This document shows positions 38,244 to 50,100 of a DNA stretch of 64,000 bases, piece after piece. The translations under genes were made by a program, and so were the position numbers. The notes under the pieces were generated by a model. That model was not told the DNA's origin. It made no database searches and was given only the letters and a program-made list of their open reading frames with translations. The first letter of the stretch is position 1; the number at the start of each line of letters is the position of its first letter. The DNA lies in assembly GCA_051362555.1 (NCBI GenBank), contig CM120640.1:15872001-15936000 (forward strand). Direction: 5' to 3'. The stretch comes from Lingula anatina. Taxonomy: Eukaryota; Animalia; Brachiopoda.

Positions 38244-40032
38244 GTAAACTATCTACACATTCTTCGCTAGAAATGTGATGATTGAAAGCAGGTTTCGCGT
38301 TGTCTGTGGATTACACTGACTGATCTACACTAGCCGCAGAATTGCGAATTTGCAGACGATTTTTCCGAAGAGCAAATACCATCAGTACTATGTATTTTTT
38401 TTATTAAGAACTATGCATGCAATTATAGTCTGAGACCAAAGGTATATTTCATGTATGGCGAATTTTACGCTGTTAAAAAAAGACAAACTAATATTTCATA
38501 AACATTTTATTTGAAATCATTCAGAAAAAAACTAAATATCAGCTTGCTGGCTGAATCCTTTTTACACGGTATGTAAATCAGGGCTGTAAAACGAATGTAA
38601 CATACGAAACTAAAAACTTTCTCATTTCCTTTAATAAATTAAAAATGTGTAACACGACTAAAACTTATGAACATTCAGTAAATTAAACATTATTCTAAGG
38701 GATAATCACACATCAATATTATATTAACATATAATAATAATAACAGTAATAACGTTAATAATAATACTTATCATTACTAATAACAGCAGTTATCACATAT
38801 ACTAAACAAATATTTTATCACAACCAAGACAATTAAGTATCGCTTATTTTTCTTTAGTTTGAGTCTTTTTAAATGAAAAAACAATACAACACTCTCCGTT
38901 CAGCCTTACTTTCTAGCCGACTTCTTAAAAACAAACAGATAAATTTGTTCTATATTATTATTATTTGTTTCAGGATAAAACATTGATCAATGGTCCAAAT
39001 CTCTGGTGATAACTAGCAAAAGGACACTAAGAAATATAACCAAAAATGTACATGAGTCCAGAGAGATATAAATATACAAATATTTTTTTAAAACTTGTAG
39101 CGGACAAGTTTTTCGGGGTTCCGTTGTACCTTTCAGGCTTAGACGTCCAGATGTACCTTGTTTAGGGTAGTTGGAATTCATTTGAGCGTCATTATCATTA
39201 AAATCTTTATTACTATATGTTATTTTCATCACCCAAATGTTTTTTTTTTTTTGTTTCGCAAGCTTGCCTTTTAAAATTCAAGCGATAGATATAGCTAGAT
39301 ACGATAGATATAGCCATTTCATGAAATTCGTTTCAAAATACTTGACCACTTTGGTCTTTTTTTCCTTTTTATTTGTGATTTCTTACATCAAAATATTCAT
39401 TCATTTATCAATAAGTATTTTATATATCTTAGTGTCCCTCACCTACTGTTACTTATTTTCATTTGAGCATATTTGGCACTATCACTTTGAGACAGCTGTT
39501 TATGGCATTGTTTACAAGTTAACACAGACAAGCTATGGTAATAAAATGTTTAACTTATTTGACTTGTATCACAACCTATGCCTGCTTTGAAATAGCTATA
39601 CATAAACAAACAGCTATACATTATCACATCTGCTACTGCATATCAAACATGATTCATACAAAATTTCTGAGCTATGATGTCAATCATACACAAAGGAAAA
39701 ACTTTCATATTTCATACAGAAGGTATCAGAAATGGCCACAGGCCATTTTCTTCATAAAACTTCAAACATAACAAGTAGCACATTACCATGATACCTTCAA
39801 GATGGGCATCAAATAGAGCAAATTTTGAGCCAGATAACCATAATTACTAGAACAAAGATGAAATTGAATACAAGAGTTGTCTGAGCAATCTTTATAATGC
39901 TCTGGAAAACACTTAGATAAGGCGTTATGAATGAATTAGTAAATAGATAATGACACGTTTGAAAGATATTTTCATGGAAAACTCCATGCCAAAAATTCAT
40001 CCCCAATGTCATAAAGAAAAAAAAAACAGTTT

Positions 40033-43000
40033 TCATGAGGGAGCAAATTCTAACAAACTGCTCGGAATTCTAATATCCACCTCCATGTCATCTGCATCTT
40101 TTTGACTTTCTTGATGTCGTGGAATGTGCTCTCCATTTTTTGAGCTTAGAAACTGTACCTGTCTCTCGTATGAGCTTTTACTTGGACAACTTGGGAGGTG
40201 CTTGTCAAGGCAGGTAGAACAAAGACGAGCATGATCTACTTCCCTGAATTTAAGTGATTGTACAAATAGATATCATAGCCACATTAACTGTGCATCATAA
40301 ATATGTGAGGGTCAATAGGAAACAATGAAGAAAAAATTCTGAAATTCTACAGTAAAATCTGACTGACAATACAATTTATTTTTAATTTGAGTGGTTCAAA
40401 ATCTTTAAAAACATGTATGACTACATAATGATTACTACAAAAATAAACAGAAGTTAGCATGTATCTGTAACTAAAGAGTACTGTTTTCCAGAACAAATTT
40501 AAATATTCTACAAAGAAAAAGAATCTGGTAAGCATTACAATGGAGACAACTTACATGTTTCTGCATATTAATCATTAATGTTATACATTTGATCAAGAAC
40601 ACTGTGGATAAAACTATATAATCTGATGAAAAAGCTGGAATAAGCAGGTGAACCAGAGTGACTGATCAGCATTCGATTACAATTCAAACTAGGCAGGTGT
40701 TAGTAAAATAGTTATGTTAAGGAGAATCATATTGAGAAAACTGGTGAAAAAGGGATTTTAAAATACTTCAAAGAAGGGTTAATAATTCTACATATCATTT
40801 GAGGATAGAGGTCTAAAATGCTATTACTTTTCTTGTTAAGAAAGTTTCAAACATATGAAAATACCAATTTACTCTTTCTTCAATACACTTTTCCTAAAGT
40901 CCCCCCTCCCAATATTCTGGAGACCAATATCCTCAATGCAAGAGAAAGGTACCTGCAACCATCAATGTGGCAAGGTCAGATGATGTTCCATAAGCTAAAT
41001 GTCTACTACCTCCATCAGCAATAGCACCAGCAGGTACATACAAATATCATTGAGCAAGGCAATTTTTATGATGATAAAGAAAAAATGTTAAACAATTGAC
41101 AAAGTAAATATAAAATACACCAGTGCAAAGCATTATAAGTTACAGGTAAACAGGGTATGTAGACAAACTTTTGTGACATTTTGTTCCTGTTAGAAAATCA
41201 CTTAATAGTTGGAAATATTACAGAAAATTTAATTAATAAAAAGTAAGCTTGAGTAAATAAAATTTCTGAATGCATTAAGAAAATTTGCAATCTTGTAAGC
41301 CTTATTATATATGACATATACAAGCAAAGAGGTACTGGTAGGCATTAAATCACAACTACCCAGACAAAAAGTTATGAAGATTTTAATATTTTAGGGTCAT
41401 AATCTTCCTTAAATAATAAATGTCTGTGAAACTGTGACTTAATATCTCACTATCAAGTTACTTTGCATAATTAGAAAAGAGTAAAACAAGCTTACTTATA
41501 GGATATTATTAAGTTCATCAATGAGTTATCTAATAGCATGCTACCACCACCAGCAGGTTAATTACGTTGGTTTGTTAGTTAGCAAATATGAAAGCAGAGA
41601 TGTTGCCTTAATCTGGACTATTACAGATAATATTTTTTCAAATTTCAATAATATTTTACATGGGATTACAATATTTTTGTATCAAGCATTTCCAAAGTAT
41701 TTGTTTATTCAAACATGCAAAAAAACTGTAATGACACGTTCATATACAGCATTTACAAATTATTTGTTTATTCAAATATGCAGAAAAACTGCAAAAAAAA
41801 AGAAAATTAAGTGGCCACATCTCTACTAAATATATGAAAACACAGCTCTATCTAAAGACCCAGTCATTCCTTGTTAGTTGGTGGAAGTTTGTTAGCTTTG
41901 CAGGTGGTACAGAGGAGAGACTTCCGTACCTTGCTCCGCCACTGCTTCCGTACGTTGTGGTCCACCCTCTGGAGGCTTGGAAGTCTGGGATAGTACGGCG
42001 GGGGGTACGGCCTTAAAGTTGACAACATCAATATTTTTAAATTGTTTCTTTGACAAAAGCATTAATCAAATCTCAAAAATGGCACATAAACTACATATCT
42101 GTGCATAAGTGAAAATGACATTCATATTGGTTCCTCAAGAAAATAGGTTTGCAATTTTAAAGAACATTACATTATATATTATAACCTATTCACTAATATT
42201 TTTTGTATTTATATGTCAGATGCAAATCTGTATTAAACATCTGCTACAAGATAATAATAAGTGTAATATTAATGTACAGCATAAATAATATGGACAACAT
42301 ATGAAACCTGATATCAAAATTCATTTGATCTCAGAGCCCTTAAATATAAAGAGTTCATTTATGACTACAATAAATACTGGAGGAATGGAGAATAAACTTC
42401 AATCACAAACAATCCAAAATACTTACTGTTGACTCTGTCAAACAACATGGAGGACGGGGTGAGAATACTGGGAGGTTTGGCTCTCCTGATTGAAATACAA
42501 ACCAGAATGCAAACCACATGCAAAACCAAGCCATAATGTAAAACAACTCTTGAAAAAAAGTTAAAATGCAGTATTCATGCAAAAAGTAAAATGGCATAAA
42601 AAAACTCTCAAATGTCTTATAAGTGTTGTGAAAGTAAAAGAAAGCAGACAAGCTGTATAAGACACCTGTCAAAGTTAAGATTATGTCATACTGTAATTAT
42701 GGTATGTCTGAAAGCACCCTGACATCTCGCAAAATAATCAGAAAATATACATTTCTCTTAAAGATAAATATCAGACTAGAACTGTCAAACTAAAACAAAA
42801 ATATTTCAACCATGCATATAATCCAAACACACTTGTCATAAAAGAAAAAACCTCTGATGATGATGATAAGGAGGAGGAGGAGGATGACAACCACTACCTC
42901 CCACCTACCTGAATGCTCTAGTAGCAGCAGCAGAGTGTGGACGTTTGTTGAGCAGTTCTTCCTTCCACCCTGGGACATGGATGGTGTTAGGTTTGTTCAT

Positions 43001-46000
43001 ATAGTCCTCCCAGTACAGGTCCTTGCCTCCAGCCAGCCAGCTGTTGCCCCTCTGGACATTCAGTGGTCTCTTGTCATCCTTGCTTGCAGAGGGGGAGGTG
43101 GGGCGCTGGGGAGGGGGGCTGCTGGGACGGCGGGGGGTAGAGGGACGGCTTACTGTAATTGTACAGATTTATTTTTAGTTATATTCTGAGTTTTATATTT
43201 TGATATAAAACAATGAAAAATCTAAAATAACAATAACAAATATAAAAAGATAACCAAGGTTATATCATGTATATGTACACTAGTTAGCAAGACACCACCT
43301 TTTCTCTTGTTTACGCAAATAACTGGGTGCAATCTTTACACGTACTGATAAGAAATACAGGAGTTCTTGATATATTTTTTTTTAATCTTTTATTGACACT
43401 TTTATCATCTATTTCAGAATCTTCACCTCTGCCTGGATACTCACAGTTTTTGGGTGTGTTTGCCCCAGTGCTTCTCTTCCAGGCCTCTGTCCTCAGATTC
43501 TGATAGTTGGTGTTAAACTCGTCATTAATGGGGTGAGCCACAATGAACTTGTACGCATCCACTGCACTAAAGGGACGGCGGGCAACTGCAGCTGATTGTC
43601 TGCTATAATAATTATAATAAGCGGGAAATGAGTAAATCATTTCAAACACACACATACACACACACAATGCCTGTGAACAAAGTATCATGTGATAAATTAA
43701 TAAATTAATTCCACCTTTTAAAAGTGATTAAGTTAAGTCAAAATTCCTCACAACAAACAAGAGCATATAATTTGCATTGCAGTAAATAAGGCACACAATA
43801 AGTTTATTTGTTAACATATCATTTGTAAGAAATTGTATGTCATATTATCTTTGAAACATCCAAGTGAACTAGAGGATCAGAGAGGCGATACCGCCTCCGA
43901 ATATTGTACCACCAGCTGGAGCAAGCGCATTCGTATAGACCCCCACATACACAAAGTAAGGGACACAGCCACCAGTCTTGTGCTTGACAAGCTGTAAAAA
44001 TGCAATCAACAAGAATTTTCAAAATATGCAAAAAAAAATTTTTATTTTAAAATGGTACAATCAAAGTTAATTCATCGTAAGGTAGGTCAAAGGTCAATTT
44101 CAAGGTCACAGTAAATTGCCAGTATATGACTTCCTTTTCAAGTTTAATAGTAACTATGGACCTATCTCTGCCAGTTTTGGAGATAAAAGGGAATCAAAAT
44201 TTGCAAAGTTCAGTTCATGGTGAAAAGTAGGTCAAAGGTCAATTTCAAGGTCACAGTAAGATTGCCAGTATATGACTTCCTATTCAAGTTCAATAGTAAC
44301 CATGGACATATCTCTGCCAGGTTTGGAGATAAAAGGGAAGCAAAATTTACAAAGTTCAGTTGATGGTGAAAAGTAGGTCAAAGGTCAATTTCAAGGTCAC
44401 AGTAAGATTGCCAGTATATGACTTCCTATTCAAGTTCAATAGTAACTATGGACCTATCTCTGCCAGTTTTGGAGATAAAAGGGAAGCAAAATTTGCAAAG
44501 TTCAGTTCATGGTGAATAGTAGGTCAAAGGTCAATTTCAAGGTCACATTTAGATTGCCAGTATATGACTTCCTATTCAAGTTCAATAGTAACTATGGACC
44601 TATCTCTGCCAGTTTTGGAGATAAAAGGGAAGCAAAATTTGCAAAGTTCAGCTCATGGTGAAAAGTAGGTCAAAGGTCAATTTTAAGGACACATTTAGAT
44701 TGCCAGTATATGACTTCCTATTCAAGTTCAATAGTAACTATGGACATATCTCTGCCAGTTTTGTAGATAAAAGGGAAGCAAAATTTGCAAAGTTCAGTTC
44801 ATGGTGAAAAGTAGGTCAAAGGTCAATTTCAAGGTCACAGTAAGATTGCCAGTATATGACTTCCTATTCAACTTCAATAGTAACTATGGACCTATCTCTG
44901 CCAGTTTTGGAGATATAAGGGACTAAATGTTATAATTTTGGAGTTACCATAATGTGCCATAAATTTCCTACAGAAAAAAATTAATTAAAATAAAGAAAAG
45001 GTAATTTTGGTCAAAATTCTTGAAATGGGAGGTGCTCTGAAGTTCCAGAAGTTCAAATTTGATGAAATAATGTCATTTTTGACCATGAGTTGTCTGCTTT
45101 GCCAAGCCTTATGTTTTATTTTTCTGGAGTTCAAAATTTATTATCCATTACCGTACTGCACATTTTGCTTTCACCACCAATATGTACTTTTTGATACAGC
45201 GTAACTCGAAAACCGTATGGAATACAAAAAAACGGAGACCACTTCCAGTGTTGGGCTTTACATGCTCTACAAAATGCAAAAAAGAATGGGTCTCTAGCAT
45301 TAACGGTTCCCGAATTAGAGACAGTTTTCAGTTTCAGTATCTTATGGCCGCTACTCCCGTGAAAATGCACCGATTGACCCCAAATTCACGGAGATGAAAG
45401 ATGACCTGAAGGGTAACAACTTCCAATAATATTTTTGGTTAAGTCTGTGTGGTGTCTGAATAACAGGGCAAATAATTTTTTTTTCGTAAAAAAATTAATT
45501 TTTTTGAAAATTTTGGCCCGTTTGACCTTGAAATAAAGGTCAAAGGTCAAATCCAAGGGCATATTTGAAATCTACACATATGACTTTTGGAAAGCCGTCT
45601 GTAGAAATTTTTCCCATAATTCCTTCCGTAGGGTAGATAATTAGCATTTAATTTTGCCATTTTTAGACAAGGGTGCATTGCAATGAGTGCCACACCTAGA
45701 CCCCAATACCGACAAAGCCCAAATTTTACGTGGAACGAGTTGAGATTATAGGTGACCTAAATCCAAGAGATGGGTACGGGGGCCCTTACCGTCTAGGAGG
45801 AGAAGCGGTAACGGTAGCCGTCCGGCGGAGCCGGCGGAGCCGGCGGAGCCGGCGGAACGATCCGGACGGGACCGAAACCATGTGTACCGCCAGCGCTAAC
45901 GCTGGTGGTACAATTACCTTGGCGCGCCTTGCTTTCCTCTTGGAGTGGGTTTAGCAAAAGATTCTGGAGTTGAGACCTTGTACACAGCTTGAGGAACCAT

Positions 46001-47088
46001 TTCTCTCTCAAGAGAAGCTGCACTGGCTGAGGGCTCTGCAACTTCACTACCAGCACCAACACTGGTCACAGACTCCTTCCTTGCTATGGGGATGGAGGGT
46101 ATTGAAATAGGTGGAGGTAACACTTTAGGTTTTTCATTATCCTGGGGTGCGGGCTGTCTTGGAGAAGATCCACCACCACTACCACCATCGCTTCCCCCGT
46201 CCTCTTTATTGGCAGCATGCACTGCTGAGATGGAACTATTATCATCATCTGCTGTTGATACAGCAGTCACCACCTTTACATTCCTTGCATCTTGAAACTC
46301 CGCTCCATCAGTGACTCCTCTGCCATCTCCAGTTACATCACCATGGTTACCTATACCATCATGGCTGTCATCAGGACCAATGTTTACCTGAGATATCTGT
46401 TGTACTATTTTGTTGTCTGTCATGGTGCTGCTGTTGCTCCTGCTGGATATGGAGCCCTGGCCAGAGAAATCTGGCCCTTTAGATAATGTCTGGAAGCAAT
46501 TAAGAAACAGATTTATTCAATAATTTCAGTTGTGAAAAGAGATCACATCTACATATGTAAAATGATAAAATTGCCCAATGTTTGTTAATGTTTGTCAAAT
46601 TGAAAGGTAGAAAGTGTGCATTGCAGAGCTGAAGACGAGAGTAAAATCTTCAGTGTCTGTCCAGGTAATAATTTCTAAGATTAAGGTCAAGTGTACAAAT
46701 GGATGGAAAGGCAGGACTGCTTCGCAGTAATACCATAGAGATTTTGTTGTTATATAATATAAGCGCAGTGTTTCTACTTAGTACCTTATGAAATTCTTTT
46801 TTTTATGCTTAGGTTTAAACATTACATGTTTAAACATAACTTAAAAATTGGAAACATCTGCTTACCTGGTATGCAGTGAGGTGAACAGTTTTGGCTACAT
46901 TGTCCATGGCATCACGGACCTGGTCAAACAGCAAACTGCTGTCTGCAGATGGATCCTCAAATAACTGGAAATTAATAAAAAAAAATACTTTTGATAAATG
47001 TGACAGAAATTTATCACTTTCTTTTATGTGAAATAATATAAGATTAAGGAAAATGACATTACTCAAGAGTTACTTGATGTACCTTATA

Positions 47089-47132
<44 letters not shown>

Positions 47133-50100
47133 ACATGACAAAAGCAATTCAAAAAGAAAAAGGACTTACAAATCATTCTGGCATATTAAAATCACAGCAC
47201 AATCAATTACATAACTTACACTTTCTCTGGACTTTCCAGATTTTGTTTTCCCACTCAGTAACCTGGAGTTTTTGATTGTGTGCTCATCAATTTCCAATTT
47301 CAAGTTATATTTTTCCCGTAACACTGCTGACATGGGTCTGTTTGCGGTGGGAGAGGACTGTAAAGCAAGCAATGCAGCATGCAGTTAGTGAGCCAGCCCT
47401 GGCCATGCAGTTAAATAGAGCAGCAAGCAAAGTTATTGATTCCTGTTATGCCAGGTAATCCAGGAAATAAGTAACTGTAAAAGTAATCCCCTTGCCTGCC
47501 AAGCTTACTTATGGCTGGTTAGTTTTAGTTTCACACGCAAACATGTCTTACTAATTCCCTTAATTGCATCTTTATCAATATGATTTTGAACACTTGCTAT
47601 ATGTTTTAGTTTTTGTAATAAAGCACATCATCTTTTTTATGCATTTACAGAATGATCTAGTTACCATTCCCACTATTTTTGCAATGAACAGTGCCAAGGT
47701 AGTCATTTACACTCCCAGTAAAAAGGGTAAGTAGATAGAATATGATAACTTGCCACAGTAGTTAAACAACAAACTCACTTGATGGCAATACTTTGCATTA
47801 ATGTAGGTCAAAGATTATTTCATTCATAAAATGGTTGTGTGATCCCTCCTAATTAACTTATTATGATGTGCAAAAATATTTTTAGATTGATATGTTTTAC
47901 ATTCACATAATTGTTAAAGATTCCCTTCATGATCATACTTTTATAACAACTAATTAAGAAACCCTCAGCAAAAACAATCAATGGTTAATCCATTTCAAAG
48001 GCTTCTTACAGATAGTGCCTTGACAACACTAAGTACTAAAATTAACAGTTTGGGTTTTACTTTTATTTCCCATTTTCCAATGTCAGAAGTCATAAAATAA
48101 AATATACCATCACTTTAATATCTGTTACATGAACATATAAATTATCTAAATGATTATACCAAGTAAGATTATATCTCATCTTTTACATATATGTCACTAG
48201 GTTTTGATAACCTTCCAAAGAAAAGTATTGCATCTAAAGCATTATGTCTGATGAAAAATAAAAATGGGTGATTTACACCAATTCTTTGTTCCGCTTTAAA
48301 CTTTTTCTCTGATGGATCATTAGTTTTATGCCGAGGCATAAATTCATCATGAAAATCATTATCTTGGTCTTCTTGAACAGTAAAAGAGGCTTTGTGAAAT
48401 AATCTGGCCACATACATCCAAATATGGCCGTTCATTCGAGAGAAATCTGCCTTATCTTCCACAAAAATGTCCTCTAGTCCTATTCCTTGAAGATTGTTCT
48501 CCAAGGTATAATGTCTTTCAAACTGAAATCTTGGAAGCTTGATCTCTATGGTAGTTTCTTTCACCAAGGAAGGAATATAACGTAACAGTTTGGTCCCTAA
48601 ACCTGCCTCCACTGCTGGAAGACCACCGATTCTCTTGGGCAGCAGGATAAACAGGCTAACTTGTCTGTCAGCATAAGGGATTTCTACAACATGACAATTT
48701 AAGTCAACAATATAAGCATAAGGTAACACACCTTTGTAGTACATCATGTCAACTTGGACATATTTGGATTTTGTGAGAGAAAAAATATCCTTCATTGTTC
48801 TCGATTTATCAAAATTCTCTGCCCAGTGGCTTTTAAAAGATACTGCAGCGATTAACACTATTCCTTTGCTTGGGTCTACTTTTTCTGCTTCTAACATTTC
48901 GTAGATCTTCCGGGCACGCAGATCCTCTAAGTCATTATTATCTAGCTCTGTCTCTTTGTCAGAAAAGTCCCTTTCTTCTGATTTAAAATCCACAGTGTGT
49001 AAATTGACCCTATAGAATGTCTTGGCCAGGTCAATATAGTCCTCGTCAAACACAGTTTTTGCAGCATAAAACCTTGTTGCCCCTCGTAAACTGTACTTAT
49101 TGCTCCTATGGTACAGGCTGTCTGTCACGCTCTTAACTGTAGAATGGAGACTCCTTGATGAGAATTTCCCAAACTTTAAAACATTATCCATTTGATCCTT
49201 TGTGACTTTATCGGCACCGCCATACAGTAAGGCCAGGGTACTAAGAATGGTCATTGGTGAAAATAAAATATTTTCTGAATCTGCAGAATTCTGCTGAAAT
49301 TCCTGGTACAAGAATGTTGTTAACTTCCTATTGCTCCTCATCAGCTGTCCTAGCCTCTCTTCATCTTTAGAAGAAACAGGCTCTGCAGAACTTGGGGCTA
49401 AATTTTCTTCATTGCAATTATGTGTGCTCAAACAACAACCCACAGCCCAAAGAAATACTAAAGATTTTAGAAACATATTCAGTTTCTTCTCAAAAGACAG
49501 CTTTAGTGTAGCAGACTATTTTAAATAATGGACAGTAAGGTATTTAGAATTCGGCCCCCACAAACACATTTTTACTCCATGTTTCTACATCTAGTCAGTG
49601 AAATGGGTTTTATTTTCATTATTTTTGCACTGGGCACAATAGATAAGCAGCCAAGTGTGTGTAATGATTGCGTTAATGGGAATTTTAGTCAGACATAATA
49701 AACCATTAAATTTACATGGATACTGGGAGAACCTGATGTGTTTAGGTAGACATCTATTAACTTCTTTAAAAAACTGTTAGTGTAAGCTTTTTTTTTTTTT
49801 TTCTTTTTTTTTTGCATGACTTTGGAACCATAACGCAAAAAGCAAAATTATGTTGGACACAGTACTACAAATTTTTCAAACATAAAAATATGTTTTACAT
49901 TTATAGAATTCTAAATATGAATAGTATAATAATAGCATAATGTAAAAATAAATCATGTTCATAACATGCAATGCTTTTTCTCATTAGATGACTGATATGT
50001 AGGTTAATGTGTTCTTCCTAAGATATGACTGACACCTGATGGTATGGAAGATAATTTTTTTTCATCAGTAAGCCTCCACCATTCCAAATATATGCACACA

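Noticed and set aside
43840-44031. Cys/Trp-rich ORF with an apparent acceptor, a possible LRR-gene exon
   Set aside because: It overlaps the HINE 3' subterminal repeat and hairpin; the host exon chain is phase-consistent without it.
44082-44921. Regular repeats superficially like a CRISPR array
   Set aside because: Whole monomers are repeated with no unique spacers, the context is eukaryotic, and no cas genes are present.
45730-45954. ORFs sharing LGGEAVTV...RRSRRND..GT.TMCT.SANAGGTI with 62330-62521
   Set aside because: The similarity comes from two copies of the non-coding HINE head, not from paralogous proteins.
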